Assembly (NCBI GenBank): GCA_034780895.1 | Contig: JAUZTB010000118.1 | Coordinates: 66,954,649 to 67,018,648 of the forward strand | Reading direction: 5' to 3' | Source of the DNA: Rhynchobatus australiae | Taxonomy: Eukaryota | Length of the DNA stretch: 64,000 nucleotides | In this document: positions 25,731 through 39,762 of the stretch, piece after piece | How the letters are laid out: every line of letters begins with the position of its first letter | Numbering within the stretch: position 1 is the stretch's first letter | Program-made: the position numbers and the translations under genes | Notes under the pieces: generated by a model | What the model was told of the DNA's origin: nothing | Database searches by the model: none | What the model saw: only the letters and a program-made list of their open reading frames with translations

Positions 25731-26355
25731 AATCAGAAAATGCTGGAAGAAATTAGCAGGTCAGGCCGCAATAGTGGAAATAGAAGCAGTCAGTGTTTCA
25801 GGTCCAAGACCTTTTGTCAGAACCAGTTCTACACTAATGGCTCCAAGGTTTTAAGTAATCGGATTCATTCTCAGACAAGGAGATGGATGGGGTCAATGGG
25901 TAGGATTAATGATAGCACATTGCTCACCCTTCCATTGGATTGTAACTAAAGAATTCATCATGCATATACTGTACCATGAATGAATCTTGTTACGTTTTCC
26001 ATGCCCAAACACTATGATGGATTCCAACACCAGCAATACAATGCACTTAAGAATAGCATGTCAACAAGAATTTTGTCAGTTTAAAGTACAAATATTCTGT
26101 TAATAGTCATAAACTGTTTAGCATTTCCATAATGCTTGTTAAGATATAATGATCTGCAATTAAATTTGCTTGTCGAATCTAATTTTTCCATTTTCTGAAC
26201 ATCCAGTCATTTTCTTATTAGCAATTATTAGATGTGGTTCACAAGCTAAAAATGGGACTTGGATCTAAATCTAATGTAGTAATCTTCACCACTTTACGTT
26301 AAGTGCTTAAACTAAAGAGCAGGTTTGACTTCTAAATGTTGTTTATGTTACTCAC

Positions 26356-26559
26356 CATTCCAGTAGCTTCCATCTGCACAGACTTTCAAAGAAGGTAAAG
26401 TGCACATTCCATCTTGAAGTTCTAATGGGTATTTGCAGGAATCACATTCTTTAAAGCTGGGACCATGGCATGTATTGCACTTGGGATGGCAGATATCACA
26501 AGTGGCACTATTTTCGTTACCATAGTAACCAGGTGTGCATGTGCTTACACATCCTAAAT
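26356..26559 (-). CDS. PCSK5: PCSK5 exon: (D)LGCVSTCTPGYYGNENSATCDICHPKCNTCHGPSFKECDSCKYPLELQDGMCTLPSLKVCADGSYWN
   Basis: ttttAG acceptor (second in-frame AG 6 nt downstream), GTGAGT donor, 204 nt, phase 1 to 1. Confidence 0.93.
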
Positions 26560-26919
26560 CTAAAATAATACAAATAAATTAGCACTTCCTCTCCAAACTA
26601 AACAGTAATCTTAACTATTTTCCCCTGAATGAATTTCCTATTGCGGTCAGTGGTACAATTGCCTTAATTCAACATTTTTTCTGCTTGAAAAAGTATATTC
26701 AGTGGTATGAGTTAACAAATTTTAATAAGGTTGTGCAATAGAGTTTTATTTTAAACAGCTTCTGAATGACTGGATAATCAAATTAAACAAGCTTGAAGTA
26801 AGAAAAGTCAGGGTACGTTTCCACATGGGTTTCACAATCCCTCACCATAAATACAACAGAATTGCTAGCAAAATGGTGTAAATAGACTCTGACGGGAGAA
26901 ATGTTAACATCACATTCAC

Positions 26920-27600
26920 CTGTCAAGTCTTAAAAGAATGTTGTACATTCCAGTGAGTTCTTCTTTTCATTCTTCTCAATTTTAGAGAGTATAACCCCGG
27001 TCTATTCAATCTTTCCTCAGAAAACAAAGCCTCATCCCATATAGTTTGCTTTGCTAATTGCTTACTCTATCTGAATGTTAACTTTCAAAGAATTGAATAC
27101 AAACATTGCTTGGTTCCTCTAAAAACCAATACCTTTCATTTTTTCACCCTATAAAAATGCTCTGCCTTTCTATGACAATGATCTTGCACTTTTTCCACAT
27201 CTTATTCCATCTGTTATGACCTTACCCATTCACTCAGCCTTTGCATATCCCCTGAACCCTCTCTGCACCTTCTTCACAATCTGCTACCTAGCTTTGCTTT
27301 GTCAGTAAACTTGGATGTGTTCTCCCATCCAAATCCAAAGATTGTGAACAGCAGGGCCACAGCAGTGATCTCTGTAGAACCCTACTGATCATAGCCTCCC
27401 AATTAGAAAATGACGTGTTTATTCCCACTCTCTGCTTTCTGTTGGTCAACCAATTTTTAATATGTGCCAGAATATAAGCCTAAAAACCATGTACCCCAAT
27501 TCTGTTTGATAATCTCTTGTGTGGTCTACTCTTATTTCTTATGTTCTTCTTAAAGGCCTCTGAAAGTCCAAATGTAAAATTTCAGTTGTTTTTCCTTTAT
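26920..27600 (-). mobile_element. Old CR1 LINE fragment
   Basis: Nucleotide similarity to other minus-strand CR1 copies in the window (e.g. 62900-64000). Confidence 0.55.
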
Positions 27601-28854
27601 GCATTACTACTCTCTTGATAATGGATTCCTGCAGAATAGAGTGGACCAGCAAATACATGATTTTTGCCAAGATTAAAGTGATTTTAGATGCAGAGGTAAA
27701 TGAAATTCTTTCCCTTCAGTGTTAGAAATGCATGTTCAGAACAATTTAGCTTTTCAGAATAAATTTATTTTAATGTAGCATATCATCCCAAAATTTGTCA
27801 CAATTGGACAGAATGGAAAAGAACTGTGAGCTGAAAGGTAAATTAGAAGGATTTGCATTTAGGTATTTGTTTAAGGGATGGAGGTGGACTGAGAGGAGGA
27901 TAGCAGAAGAATTCAGGGCAAATCCAGAAAGTACAGCCAAGGCAGCCAAAGATTCTGGTCCAAATACTTAGGAGTCTGACAGATTTATTGTAATTTAGGA
28001 GAGTAGGAGAGGGGAAGTTGTTGAAAAATCCTGGAAAAACTGCAAACAGCGGGGGCTGGTGGGAAGCTGTCGATAGATCACTAACACCCTTGGCAAAAGA
28101 ACACCTAGAGATATTCCAAGAGACTTTCATTATATATTACCTTATGGCATAGAAGGAGGCCATTTTAACTCATTGAGCTGATGCCACCTCACAGATCAAT
28201 CCCATTCCCCACTACTTTTCCCTGTAACCTATTCTCTCCACATTCCCAGCAAGTCCACCTGGATTCTACCACTTACCTTTATGTCAGCGCCAATTTATAG
28301 TAGTTAATTAACCTGCATGCAGGAGAAAACTATCCCTCCCTCAAAACTCCTCTGGAAAGCCTTGTCAGGCAGCAAANNNNNNNNNNTTCTGCCATCTGTC
28401 AAAACTATCAAAGCTTTTCAATGCTACTGAATGTCTCCAACATTCAGAAAGATTTAAAAACTATCAAAAAATTTTTTTTTAAATGTTTATTTTTAAATAT
28501 GAAGTAAAATCAGCTAAAACACTTAAAATGTTTTAAACCAATCACAGGTATCTATTGAAAAATATAACTTGCTTTATTCTCTCCCTTCTCTCTCACAGCT
28601 ATGCAACAAATGACTGGGCTCATCCTGTCTAAGTAGGATGGTCTGAGATGATAAATTCTGGGAGTCTCAGTAACTTTCTGCTCTACCATTGGGCTCTCTG
28701 GGGAATCTGTCAGCAAAGCATGGCTAGGTAATTGTTAGCACTCACTCTGAGAAATGCCAGCAGTTCCCTGCTGGAATCCCCCAGTAAAATCCAGGCAAGA
28801 ACACTGACAAAAATGACTTATTTTTGGAGTTCTTTATTGAAAAGAAACAGTGAT

Positions 28855-29087
28855 TGTTGTGACCTTGCACATTATTGCACTGCACTTTCTCTGTAGCTGT
28901 GACACTTTACTCTGTACTGTTATTGCTTTTACCTGAACTGTTTTTACTACATCAATGCACTCTGTACTACCTCAGTGCACTCTGTACTAACCCAACTGTG
29001 TAATGAATTGACCTGTACGATCGCTATACAAGACAAGTTTTTCACTGTACCTCAGTACAAGTGACAATGATAAACCAATACCAATAC
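28855..29087 (+). mobile_element. LINE/SINE 3' UTR with (ACCAAT)n tail; shorter copy at about 4890-4985
   Basis: Shared TGTAATGAATTGACCTGTAC...TTTTCACTG.ACCTCAGTACA.GTGACAAT.ATAAACCAATACCAA. Confidence 0.7.
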
Positions 29088-29224
29088 CTTCTTGGCCAGA
29101 AGTGCTTACTCTTTTGGCTTCTCTTGCCTGTGCTTTTCATCTAACTTTTGCGAGTCCTCCTTCTTACATACTTGTGTATCCAACACAAAACTGATAGACC
29201 TTAATTAAACATGTGCTTTAATAA

Positions 29225-29230
<6 letters not shown>

Positions 29231-29262
<32 letters not shown>
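29231..29262 (+). repeat. (CT)16 microsatellite
   Basis: Read directly from sequence. Confidence 0.95.
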
Positions 29263-29266
<4 letters not shown>

Positions 29267-30775
29267 ATAAATGTTGGTAACTTTACAACTCGACTCCAGA
29301 AATCTCAAACTCCTTCGTTTTTTTTGCCCATTTCACGTACGGGTATTTCACAGATTTCTTCTTCTCTCAGATGGCTATCCATGCAACTATTTTGCCATTT
29401 CCCCCTCTGATCCTATCTGCTTCTCATTAATTTTAGGGCTGAACTGTTGACCAGCCACAGTGCCTCTCACATACAGTTTTGAAATGCCCTCTGCCCAGCT
29501 GCTGCCACAACCTTTCACCAAAAGATGAAAACCTGTTTGCTGAACTCAGGCCTGATTATTGACTGCGTCTGTTTTTCTAATGCACCATCCCTCTTCTGAG
29601 ATCCCTCTACTCCCTGCAAACATAGCTGCATCTCAGTCATCATCTCCAGCTGTTGACTCGGTATCCTCTCTTAAAAGTCAACAGATGTTCATACCCATCT
29701 CTTCTATAACTCCCTATCTGGGTCCCGCAAGTACAGTTTATACTCTTGGTACCAAATCAGACTTACTCAAAGTTAGAGCTGGCTTTCTTTGTATGTGTTA
29801 TCCATCCTCTTCAAACTCATCCTCTCTTAAGAATCTGATGTAATTGTCCAAGTATTCTTTTGCTGTCCTGTTCCATGGAGTGCCCTATCATACTATTTAA
29901 CCCATTTGTATCTCCAAAAATAATTACTTTTATTCCTTTCCAATGTCATCTCTGAGTGTTGCAAGGAACTATCCTTGCACCCTCTACCTTATCTACATGT
30001 TGCCATTGGTGACATAATTCTCAGACATAGATCAGTTTTGATTTGTACATATTTACCTTGTCTCCTCTAATACGTTGTATGATTTTATCTACCAAGAAAC
30101 GATTGTTCAGATGCTCTCCTGATCAGTCTCATTCCTTCCATAAACACCAGCTTTCCCAAAAGATGCCTGTTGAATTCTGTCCTGTACTGACTGCTGCTCA
30201 TTCATCACCTCCACTGCTCTGATGTGAACTGGCTTTCAGCTCCAGTTTACAAAACTGTGCCTAAACCCTAGCTTGACATTATTTCACCTTATCTCTGAAA
30301 TCTCCCCCAGCCCTCTGACCCCAGACAAACAACTTGTCCTCTGGCACAAATCTCTTTTTACCTCTCCAACAAAACACCAACCCCTTACCCACAATGATAC
30401 AGCAGGTAAAGCTGCTACCTCACAACTCCAGTGACTCCGGTCACACATCAAACACATTACACCATCATGTCATCTGGGAACCTCGCAGGGCTGTGTTATT
30501 TGGCTTTAGAACAATTTTGGCAAATGTGGCCGCCCTTCTGGATCCTGGGGAATATGTTTGAGGGAATAGTGAATGGGAAATGTGAAGGAATAAGAAGAGG
30601 TCAGTGGGAGGTAATTGTGAGTATAGATTGTCGGCTCCATTCAGGAAAATCTGTCCCAATCATAATCATTGACAAATATTTTTGTTTAAGCATAGGCACT
30701 GGTACAAAGTTAATGCATATACAACAACTTGTTTAATGTTAATTGGAGTTAGGGTCAAATCTAGATTTTGCTTAC

Positions 30776-30918
30776 CCAAGAAGAAGAATCCAGTTTCACA
30801 CAAATAACACTGATTTTCATCACATGCAATGCAATTCTCAGTGCAAGGCTTACACTCCATTTCGTCATCTGATTTATAGGTCTTAGCTGGACATCTTGCA
30901 TAACAGCATTGATGAAAC
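30776..30918 (-). CDS. PCSK5: PCSK5 exon: FHQCCYARCPAKTYKSDDEMECKPCTENCIACDENQCYLCETGFFFL
   Basis: tctcaAG acceptor, GTAAGC donor, 143 nt, phase 2 to 1. Resembles human FDHHCYKTCPEKTYSEEVECKACDSNCGSCDQNGCYWCEEGFFLL. Confidence 0.95.
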
Positions 30919-31084
30919 CTTGAGAAAAAGGTTTTTTTTAAATAGAATAATGTCATGGCCTGGCAAGATTATGACATAGTTAAAACGATAGATCATTGTA
31001 GTGTTCAGAAATTATGATATTACATTTACATCATTGACATCTTTTATAGAAAAATCTCCTGAAATGCAAATGCTTCAATTGTAG

Positions 31085-31340
31085 AGTCATAGAACTGTGT
31101 AGCATTGAAACAGGTCCTTTGGTGCACTGTGTCTTTGCCAACCATCATGCCGATCTATACTAATCCCATTTACTTGCATTAATTCCATATCCCTTTATAC
31201 CTTGCTCATTCAAATACTTGTCAAGATACCTCTTAAATGTTGTTACTGTTCTTGCCTCCACCACCTCCTCATTCTAGATACCAGTGATTCATTGTGTGAA
31301 AAATTTACCCCTCAGATTTCCTTTAAACCTCATCCCTCTC
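31085..31340 (-). mobile_element. CR1 3' end fragment
   Basis: Same tail as 11795-12050 and 32520-32960. Confidence 0.7.
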
Positions 31341-31869
31341 ACCAGTAAACCCAGACTTCACAACATTAGCCACATATTATGCAGATGAGGAGCTTAACTA
31401 TCCAGTTCAATGGCTATCCACTATTTCACTCTATTACTGACATTTTCTTTGTTCCACCCACCTTCACTGTTTCTTAAATAACTTGCTATCTCTCTTTCTC
31501 GGTTCTGTTCAAGGGCCTTCAACCTGAATTGTCAACTGGTTTCTCTTTCTACAGATGTTACTTGACTGGTTGAATTTTTCCAACATTTCTATTTTTGTTT
31601 CACATTCAAGAATCTGCAGTTTTATTTGTTTGCCATGGTTATTATGGAGTTGCATTTAGATCCCACCAGATAATTAGAGAAGATTTCATTCTCTGAAGTA
31701 TATTGGTGGATCCAATGTCTTTTTTAAAAACAATAATTTAGTACTTTAATAGTCATCATTGCTGATTCTAGACTTATTTAATCATCTCCTTTAATACCCA
31801 AGTTATCATGTGAAATGATCATGCAAACCAGTTGGTTACAGGGCAATTAGTGGGAGATGATAAATGTTG

Positions 31870-32410
31870 GTTTTGTTAGTAATGTCCATCACTGAATCCC
31901 TCACTATCAACATGCTGGGATTACCATTGTCCAGAAATTGAACTGGAGTAGCTACATACACAATGTAGCTACAAAAGCAACTCCCCAAAATCTGTCCATC
32001 ATCTACAAGGCTCAACTCAGGAGTGTGGTGGAATACTCTCCACTTTCCTGGATGAGTGCTGCAGCTGCACCATTTACAGGATTCACTGCAGCAAATCACC
32101 AAATCTCATTAGACAGCACCTTCCAAACCCAGGACCTCTACCAGCCATAAGGACAAGGGCAGCAAAAGCATGGGAACACCGCCACCTGGAAGTTGCCCTC
32201 CAAACCACACACCATCCTGACTTGGAAATATATCGCCATTCCTTCAATGTCGCTGGGTTAAAATTTGGAACTCTCTCCCGAACAGCATTTTGGGTTTACC
32301 CATAGCACAAGGACTGCAGTGCTTCAAGAAGGCAGCTCACCGCCACCTTCTCCAGGACAAATAGGGATGGGCAAAAAAATGCTGGCTCAGACTGCATAGC
32401 CCAAATCTCT
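31870..32410 (+). mobile_element. CR1/L2-group LINE 3' end
   Basis: Remnant IYKAQLRSVVEYSPLSWMSA. Tail TTCAAGAAGGCAGCTCACCGCCACCTTCTC...AGGGATGGGCAA. Related tail fragment at about 430-490. Confidence 0.75.
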
Positions 32411-32519
32411 TGAATAAATATAAAAAAATACATGAATAAATAACATAAATCTTCAAGTGTGCACTGAAGAGTCAGCCATCTGATATTTCTTTTTAAATGA
32501 CAGCTGTGATGGGAGGATG

Positions 32520-32965
32520 CTGAGTCATAGAGTTGTACAGCACAGAAACAGGCCCCTTGACAAACCACGTCCATGCCAACCTTTTTGCTCCTCTATACTA
32601 ATCACATCTGTCTGCATTAGGACTGAATCCTTCTATGTCTGACCTATTTAAATGTTTGTCTAAATGCTTCTAAAACTTAGAAATTGCATCTGATTGCTCT
32701 GGAAACGCATTCCAATATCAGCCATTTTCTACGTCTTACCCCTCAGATCCCCTTTAAACCTCTTCCTCACCCTAACCCTATGCCTTTGGTACACCTCTCA
32801 TGGGAAAAAGATTTTGATAATCTACCCTAAGCCCCTTTTAATCTTCTATACCTCTATCAGATCATCCCTCATCTTCCTTCACTCCAGGAAAAAAAATCCC
32901 TCCCCAGAACTAAAGTCCTCCAATTCAGGCAACATCCCAGTGAATCTCCTTTCTGCAGTGCAATC
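32520..32965 (-). mobile_element. CR1 3' end fragment
   Basis: Tail plus RT C-terminal remnant similar to 24775-25250. Confidence 0.75.
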
Positions 32966-33055
32966 ACATCCTATGTCTCTAGAACAATAGTCCTGACTCT
33001 GATACAATGCTCCGTACCCCAAAGAATACAATTATAATAAGAAAATGCAACTTAC

Positions 33056-33098
33056 AGATAGAATCCATTTTTACATGTTGTGCATATTCTCGGATCAT
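33056..33098 (-). CDS. PCSK5: PCSK5 mini-exon: (D)DPRICTTCKNGFY(L)
   Basis: acAG acceptor, GTAAGT donor, 43 nt, phase 1 to 2. Resembles human DDPGTCTSCAMGYY. Confidence 0.93.
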
Positions 33099-36000
33099 CT
33101 GTCGAAAGAAATAGAAGTTGCTGTATTTGTTGTGAAAGAAGAGAGGATTATTTTTGAGTAATTAACTTTTTCAGTGTCTGGTGACAATCCCTATTGACAG
33201 TATTGCGAGAGAAGGTATGACTTAGATTGCAAATGCATGAGAATTGGTGGATCTAACATTTGCTATGTACAGTAGCCCATGCACAAATAAGTGATATCTC
33301 AGGAGTAAGGTGTAAATAAATGATATATATCAGGACTGACAATATTGGGGATGCATTGCAAACAGCAGGTACTGCAGTGAGGGGTAGGAAACCAAAAAGG
33401 TGAGTCCTCATTTTGTCACCAGATCATATGGAACTCGTTCTTTCAGGAATATTTATCATATCTTTTCCGAAGAAAACTTCCATAAAGATTGCCATTGCTG
33501 TTTCATTTGTCAGACAGTTGAAATTAATTCTACTTGTACGGAATAGATTTGAACACCGGATCCACCTTTAATTTTACTATTTTTCTGTTGCAGCTCTGTT
33601 CTGTAGGGCCTACACTGTACAAAGTTGTCATTAATACACTTTGAACAACAAGGCTGCTGAAATGCTAGAAATGCAGAGCCTGTTAGGCAATGTCTGTGGG
33701 ANNNNNNNNNNNNNNNNNNNNNNNNNNNNNNNNNNNNNNNNNNNNNNNNNNNNNNNNNNNNNNNNNNNNNNNNNNNNNNNNNNNNNNNNNNNNNNNNNNN
33801 NNNNNNNNNNNNNNNNNNNNNNNNNNNNNNNNNNNNNNNNNNNNNNNNNNNNNNNNNNNNNNNNNNNNNNNNNNNNNNNNNNNNNNNNNNNNNNNNNNNN
33901 NNNNNNNNNNNNNNNNNNNNNNNNNNNNNNNNNNNNNNNNNNNNNNNNNNNNNNNNNNNNNNNNNNNNNNNNNNNNNNNNNNNNNNNNNNNNNNNNNNNN
34001 NNNNNNNNNNNNNNNNNNNNNNNNNNNNNNNNNNNNNNNNNNNNNNNNNNNNNNNNNNNNNNNNNNNNNNNNNNNNNNNNNNNNNNNNNNNNNNNNNNNN
34101 NNNNNNNNNNNNNNNNNNNNNNNNNNNNNNNNNNNNNNNNNNNNNNNNNNNNNNNNNNNNNNNNNNNNNNNNNNNNNNNNNNNNNNNNNNNNNNNNNNNN
34201 NNNNNNNNNNNNNNNNNNNNNNNNNNNNNNNNNNNNNNNNNNNNNNNNNNNNNNNNNNNNNNNNNNNNNNNNNNNNNNNNNNNNNNNNNNNNNNNNNNNN
34301 NNNNNNNNNNNNNNNNNNNNNNNNNNNNNNNNNNNNNNNNNNNNNNNNNNNNNNNNNNNNNNNNNNNNNNNNNNNNNNNNNNNNNNNTTTTCCAGCTTTT
34401 AACACGGCACCCAATCAATTAGGTTTCTATTAGGCATTATTTTACTGTCCATCAAGACAGCCCAAAGTATCATCCATATCATTTGTGATATATAACCATT
34501 GCCTGTGAAAGGCAGGCAATTAAACAACAAATTTCATGTCATTTGTCAGTGATAAATTGACCAATAGTTTACTTTTTTTAAAAATTCACTTCTTTTATTT
34601 AGTTCTGCATCACAGTACTGCTTGGAAGTTTATGAAGAACATTATAAGCATCCAGATAATCATAAAGGAAGAAAGAAAGAAACTGAGAATTTGTTCATGT
34701 TCAAAAAATAATAATGTTCATGTTTCTCAGATCTACTGTTGCCAAACATGCTATTCTATTTGCTGATATTCCACAATTACTGATAGACCCTGGGTACACA
34801 CTAACTGCAATGTGTAATGATAGTGTAGGTTTCAATTAGTGACCACCAATGCTTTTGTGCCATATATAGTTGAAAAGGAAATTTACTCTCAGTTCCCATG
34901 TTCTAATCAGCTCCAACGGTTTATTTTCATAAGGAGAATTTGGAGTCTCTAAAAGCATAAAGTGACAAAGGCCACATAAGGCATTTGTCCCACTGCTCCT
35001 AGAGATCTGCTCCATCATAACCCAACCCACCCAAATCTCTTGAGGGTATGACTGATTACAGACACTCTGCAAAATCAGTTTTCTAGCTGAAAACCTCTGA
35101 TCTTTACTTTTTGTGGGGGGTGGGGGGGGTGGGAATAAACATTTCTCAAAATGCTTGGAGACACAAGAGACTGCAGATGCTGGAATCTGGAGCAAAGAAC
35201 AATCTGCTGGATGAAGGGCTTCGACCCGAAACATCAACAATTCCTTTCCCCCCAGATACTGCTGATCTGCTGAATTCCTCCAGCAGACTGTCTGTTGGTC
35301 TCAAAATGCTTGAATCTGATTAATTTCATTGAAAATAACACAATTAATTTGACTGTACAGCACTAAACACTTGAAATTTCATTATCTCTCAGACCATTAA
35401 GAATATAAGAAGAAAGATACAAAGAAACTCATTGATCCAATCCGGTATGATTAAGGCAGATTACAGTGTATTCTCTCTCCAGTATGTCAAAGTTTGGAGG
35501 GAATTAAATATCATAATGACTAGGCAGAGGCTGAAGCATAATGCTTGTTCAATTTTCCTTGGCATTATCCTTGAACAAGCACTTGAACAAGGCAGCAGTA
35601 AATGTCAAGAAACCTTACTGCTTTCTCAGCAAATTGGCAGACTCTTCACTGGGAACAGTTCTACAACCCTTAAGATCTAGTGCCTTGTCATCTCTTACTC
35701 GATAGCAGAATTCTTGAACCAGTATGGATTCATTCATTACACAACAAACTCATAGAAATCCAGTTTAATTCAACAAAGCACACCTTCTCCAAACTCCTCA
35801 ACAAAATCATTTCCCAGTTCTGAGCCAGTCCTATGGATTAGGAGGTAGAATGTAACAAACAAGGAAGGTACGTGCTGACCTAAGTCCTCCTTTGTTCTCG
35901 GACCCTTTCAGTCGAACAGCTATGTGGTTCAAATCACTGCACCTTACCTGGTTGAAATATATAACAAATTGGCAGTTGGTATTAACCACCATCTGATTCC

Positions 36001-39000
36001 TTTTCACACAACTTAGTGCTCACTTATCTGGATTCAATCTGCCACAACAACAATGAGTCTTCCTACACTATTTTCAAGCAGCCCAATGCGTCAACAAGAA
36101 AAGTTTGGATAACCCAAGTGCTCAACTCTGAGGGCTGCGTGCAGTCATCTAGAATATTATTCCTCATCTCAAAATACTTAGAAGCAGTAATTAAATAAAT
36201 TTCTTTGGTCTTTGTGTTCCTGACTGGCTCCTGAGCATTCCTTTCTTGTTACAAATTTTCAGCATTTGCCTTTTCTTGGAACAGTTTTGTACTGATTTGC
36301 AGTGCTTTTCCACTAGATGGCAGACAATTACCATCAAGAGTTTCCAGAACAAATTAAGTTCAAACATAAGTGAAAAGACAAATCTACTGATTCCCATTTA
36401 AAAAAAAAGTGGAGGAGGGTCACTCTGGGAAGTAGAAATGATCGATCTCAGAACACAATCAATGTTTAGCCAAAGACTGGATCAAATACCACAGGGGAAG
36501 GCTTTAAAAAGTGATGAAATGCTATAGGGGTAACTTGCCTAAATTGATGAGGAAAGCATAAACATAGCAGACTAATGCTCTTAGACCAGAGTAGCTTTAT
36601 TTTGTGAATTGAGAATAGAACATAACCCTTGGTAATTATAAAAAAAACCTGTCATGAAGGGTAAGCAATAATTTCAGATTCATCCCCTACCAAAAAAGTT
36701 GATAGGCTTCTCACCAACTGCACTGCTTATAACTACCACCTCATAGCTATAGGGAACACTGTCCCTTCAGAAGCAAAGAATCTGGTAGAGCTGTCAGATA
36801 ATCTGTCAACACTCAGTTCAGTTGGCACCCAGAAGGCAAGTATCAATGTCTTCAGGACAGCTGAAAAATATTGAAGAAGAAAAGCAAAGTAAAATATGTA
36901 TGTCATGTTTCATTATAATTAACAAGCATCAATTCTCAGCTTGGTCACTGGTGCATTCCTGGGTTGAAGCCTGTGAGCAAATGAAGATACCATATTGGAG
37001 TAGATCAAAATGGTTATAACCTCAGTGGATTAAATTAGAAATAGAGGAAGAGGGAAATTGGAAAAGAGTAGAACAGCTGATTTTAATCTGAATCGACTCT
37101 ATTAACTGTGTTACTCAAGTCTGATCATTACATAGGAGTCCGCCCATACAATTGAAAGAGTCCCACCTCATCCATCAATTTACAGCTGGAACTTCACAGT
37201 TTAGTTTTGCTGGTCTGATGCCACATTTGCTCACTAATGCATTTTTCCAGTTTTGCTCCTCAACTCACTATTGGCCACTTTGCACTAAGCCAATCAAACT
37301 CTTTATTATCTGCTCAGAAAGCTTAACCAGTTTGGGATTATCTAATGGAGTCTTTGCCACTGTGCATGATGTTGCTTTCAGTGCTCATCAGTTCTTTCAT
37401 CCACAACTACAAAGGAACCGTGTCAGTTGAAGCCACAGGATCTTTAAAAAGAAGTGAATGCAAACAAGAAACAGGCACAAAAATACTCTCCAGTCAATAA
37501 ATGCCTGGATATTGAATATTGCTCTGATTTGAACATTACTTAATTCTGGCTGAGTATTTAAATACACACCCCTGAATGGCACAGAAATATTTATCTTATT
37601 AAATTCCATGGTTTGATTCCCAGTCCCCACACAGTTAGCTGATCCCAACAGGAATTGCTTTTGGATTGTTTCAATTGGGCTTGGTCTCCAAAAACAAATA
37701 AGCAGGAGTTCTACTAGAAGCTCACTGGCCTGAGATGTATTTGACCTACTGAGCATTTTCAGCATCTTCTGATTTTATCTTAGGCAGATTCCTACTTCAC
37801 ACGAGTAGCCACTGTGGAAAGCTGCTGACATTGGATCTAATTGTACAACATTAGTGTCAGGCTCAGTGATAAGCCAACTATAAACAAGCGAAAAATTCTC
37901 ATTCACCAGAGTGGCTGTCTGGTGACTGAGAAATGAAACCCTAGCTGTGCGTGAAGACACATATCCGTGATATACTTATATTTTATTTCAATGAGTTATG
38001 TGGTCAGAGGACATAATGATAGACATGTCAACTACATTTCCATAAGCACTATGCATCCTTAGTTTCTTGCTATTAGACTGGAATAAAGTAAATCCCTTCT
38101 TGTGTCCCCTAATAGTTGTTGTATGCACAAGGTAGCAGCAATTCAGCAGTGTGCAAGGTCCACCTCAGGAAAGGTGATGAGAGCTATCAAGGACACCAGG
38201 AAAAGTTGGAGAAGATCCCTATGGCTCCTTTTTAAAACCAAAGCTCTCAACTTGTGGACTCTGGAAACTGCATAGCTGCAAATAAAAAGGGCAGAAAGTG
38301 CCCCTGCTTCCCCACATTGATTCTTCTTCTGCAAGCTAGGTCAGTCTGTGCACTCACCCCCATCAAGTCAGATCAAAAGGGAGACAGTGNNNNNNNNNNN
38401 NNNNNNNNNNNNNNNNNNNNNNNNNNNNNNNNNNNNNNNNNNNNNNNNNNNNNNNNNNNNNNNNNNNNNNNNNNNNNNNNNNNNNNNNNATACTTCAACT
38501 TACTTCAGCAACCTTATTGTTTCTGAAAAAAAAACTTATTTAATGGTCTTTCATGGCCCCAGGAAGTTCCAAAGTTTTTCACAACTATTGTAGTCACTGT
38601 TTGCAGTATGAAATGTAGCTACCAATTTGTGCAAAGGAAGTTCCCCAAATCATAGTTAAATATCACAGTTGTTTTGGCATTGGTCGAGGATACTTGGGAG
38701 AAACATTTGTTCTTCAAAATAGCATCATGGAATCTTTTGCCATCATCTGAGAGGGAAGACAGATCCTCATCCAAAAAAAAGGCACTTAACAGTGCTGTGT
38801 TCATCCAATATCGTACTGGAAATCACTCTAGATTATGTGCTTGTCTTTGGTGTAGGGCTGTTCTTTGCCTTTTTCTTTGGAGTAAAGATTACATAATGGC
38901 TCTATCAAAGGAGAAATGTGGGGTGATGCATTTAGTAGAGCAAATGGAACATATGATAAATGGTAGTGTACTAAAATTAAATTTCTTTATTAGTTACACA

Positions 39001-39129
39001 CAGTGGAATGCATCTTTGCATAAAGAGTTCTGGGGCAGCCCACAAAGTGTTGCCACACTTCCAGCCTCAACATAGCATGCTTGTTAACTTCCTAAATTCC
39101 TAGCACTTCCTAACCTGTACATCTTATAT

Positions 39130-39762
39130 AGAGGGATATAGGGATCTTGAAGTATATGTTCCCAGATTCCTGAAGCAAGATGCAGATAAGCAAGTTGGGT
39201 AAAAAGGCAAATGGAACATAAGTGGAAGAAAATCATGCTGGAAGGCAATAGATAGGTCACAGCTGGAATGTGCTGTAAAATCTGGTCATCATACTACAGA
39301 AAAGATGTAATTGCATTAGGCAGGATGGGGAGTAGATTTATGCAGATGTTGCTGGGGCTTAAAAGTTCTAATCATGAGTAGAGCTGAGCTGGGATTGCTT
39401 TCTTTGGAATAAAAGACACTGAATGGAAGATTTAATTGAGATATACAAAATTATTTAGAAGCCTAAATAGCATAAACAGACCTCTCCAAAGCAGAAAGTT
39501 CAATAACAAATGATCATTGATTTAAATAATAACTAGGATTAGAGGGAAATTAAGAAAACCAAAATTATTCAATGAGTATTGGATATCTAGAAAGCATTGT
39601 TTGAAAGTGAGATAGAAGTAGAAATCCTCACCAAATTTAATAAGTATCTGTGTAAGCACTTGAAAACTTAAGGTCTATGGACCAAGAGCCAGCAAGTGAG
39701 ATTAGCCTAAGTCATTCACTTCTGGCTGGCATGGATATAATGGACTCAATGGTCTCCTTCTG
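39130..39762 (+). mobile_element. Old CR1 LINE 3' fragment
   Basis: Degenerate version of the adjacent younger copy. Confidence 0.6.

Noticed and set aside
36815-36862. Minus-strand tttttcAG followed by CPEDIDTCLLGAN
   Set aside because: The frame hits a stop with no donor, and no PCSK5 exon is missing in this interval.
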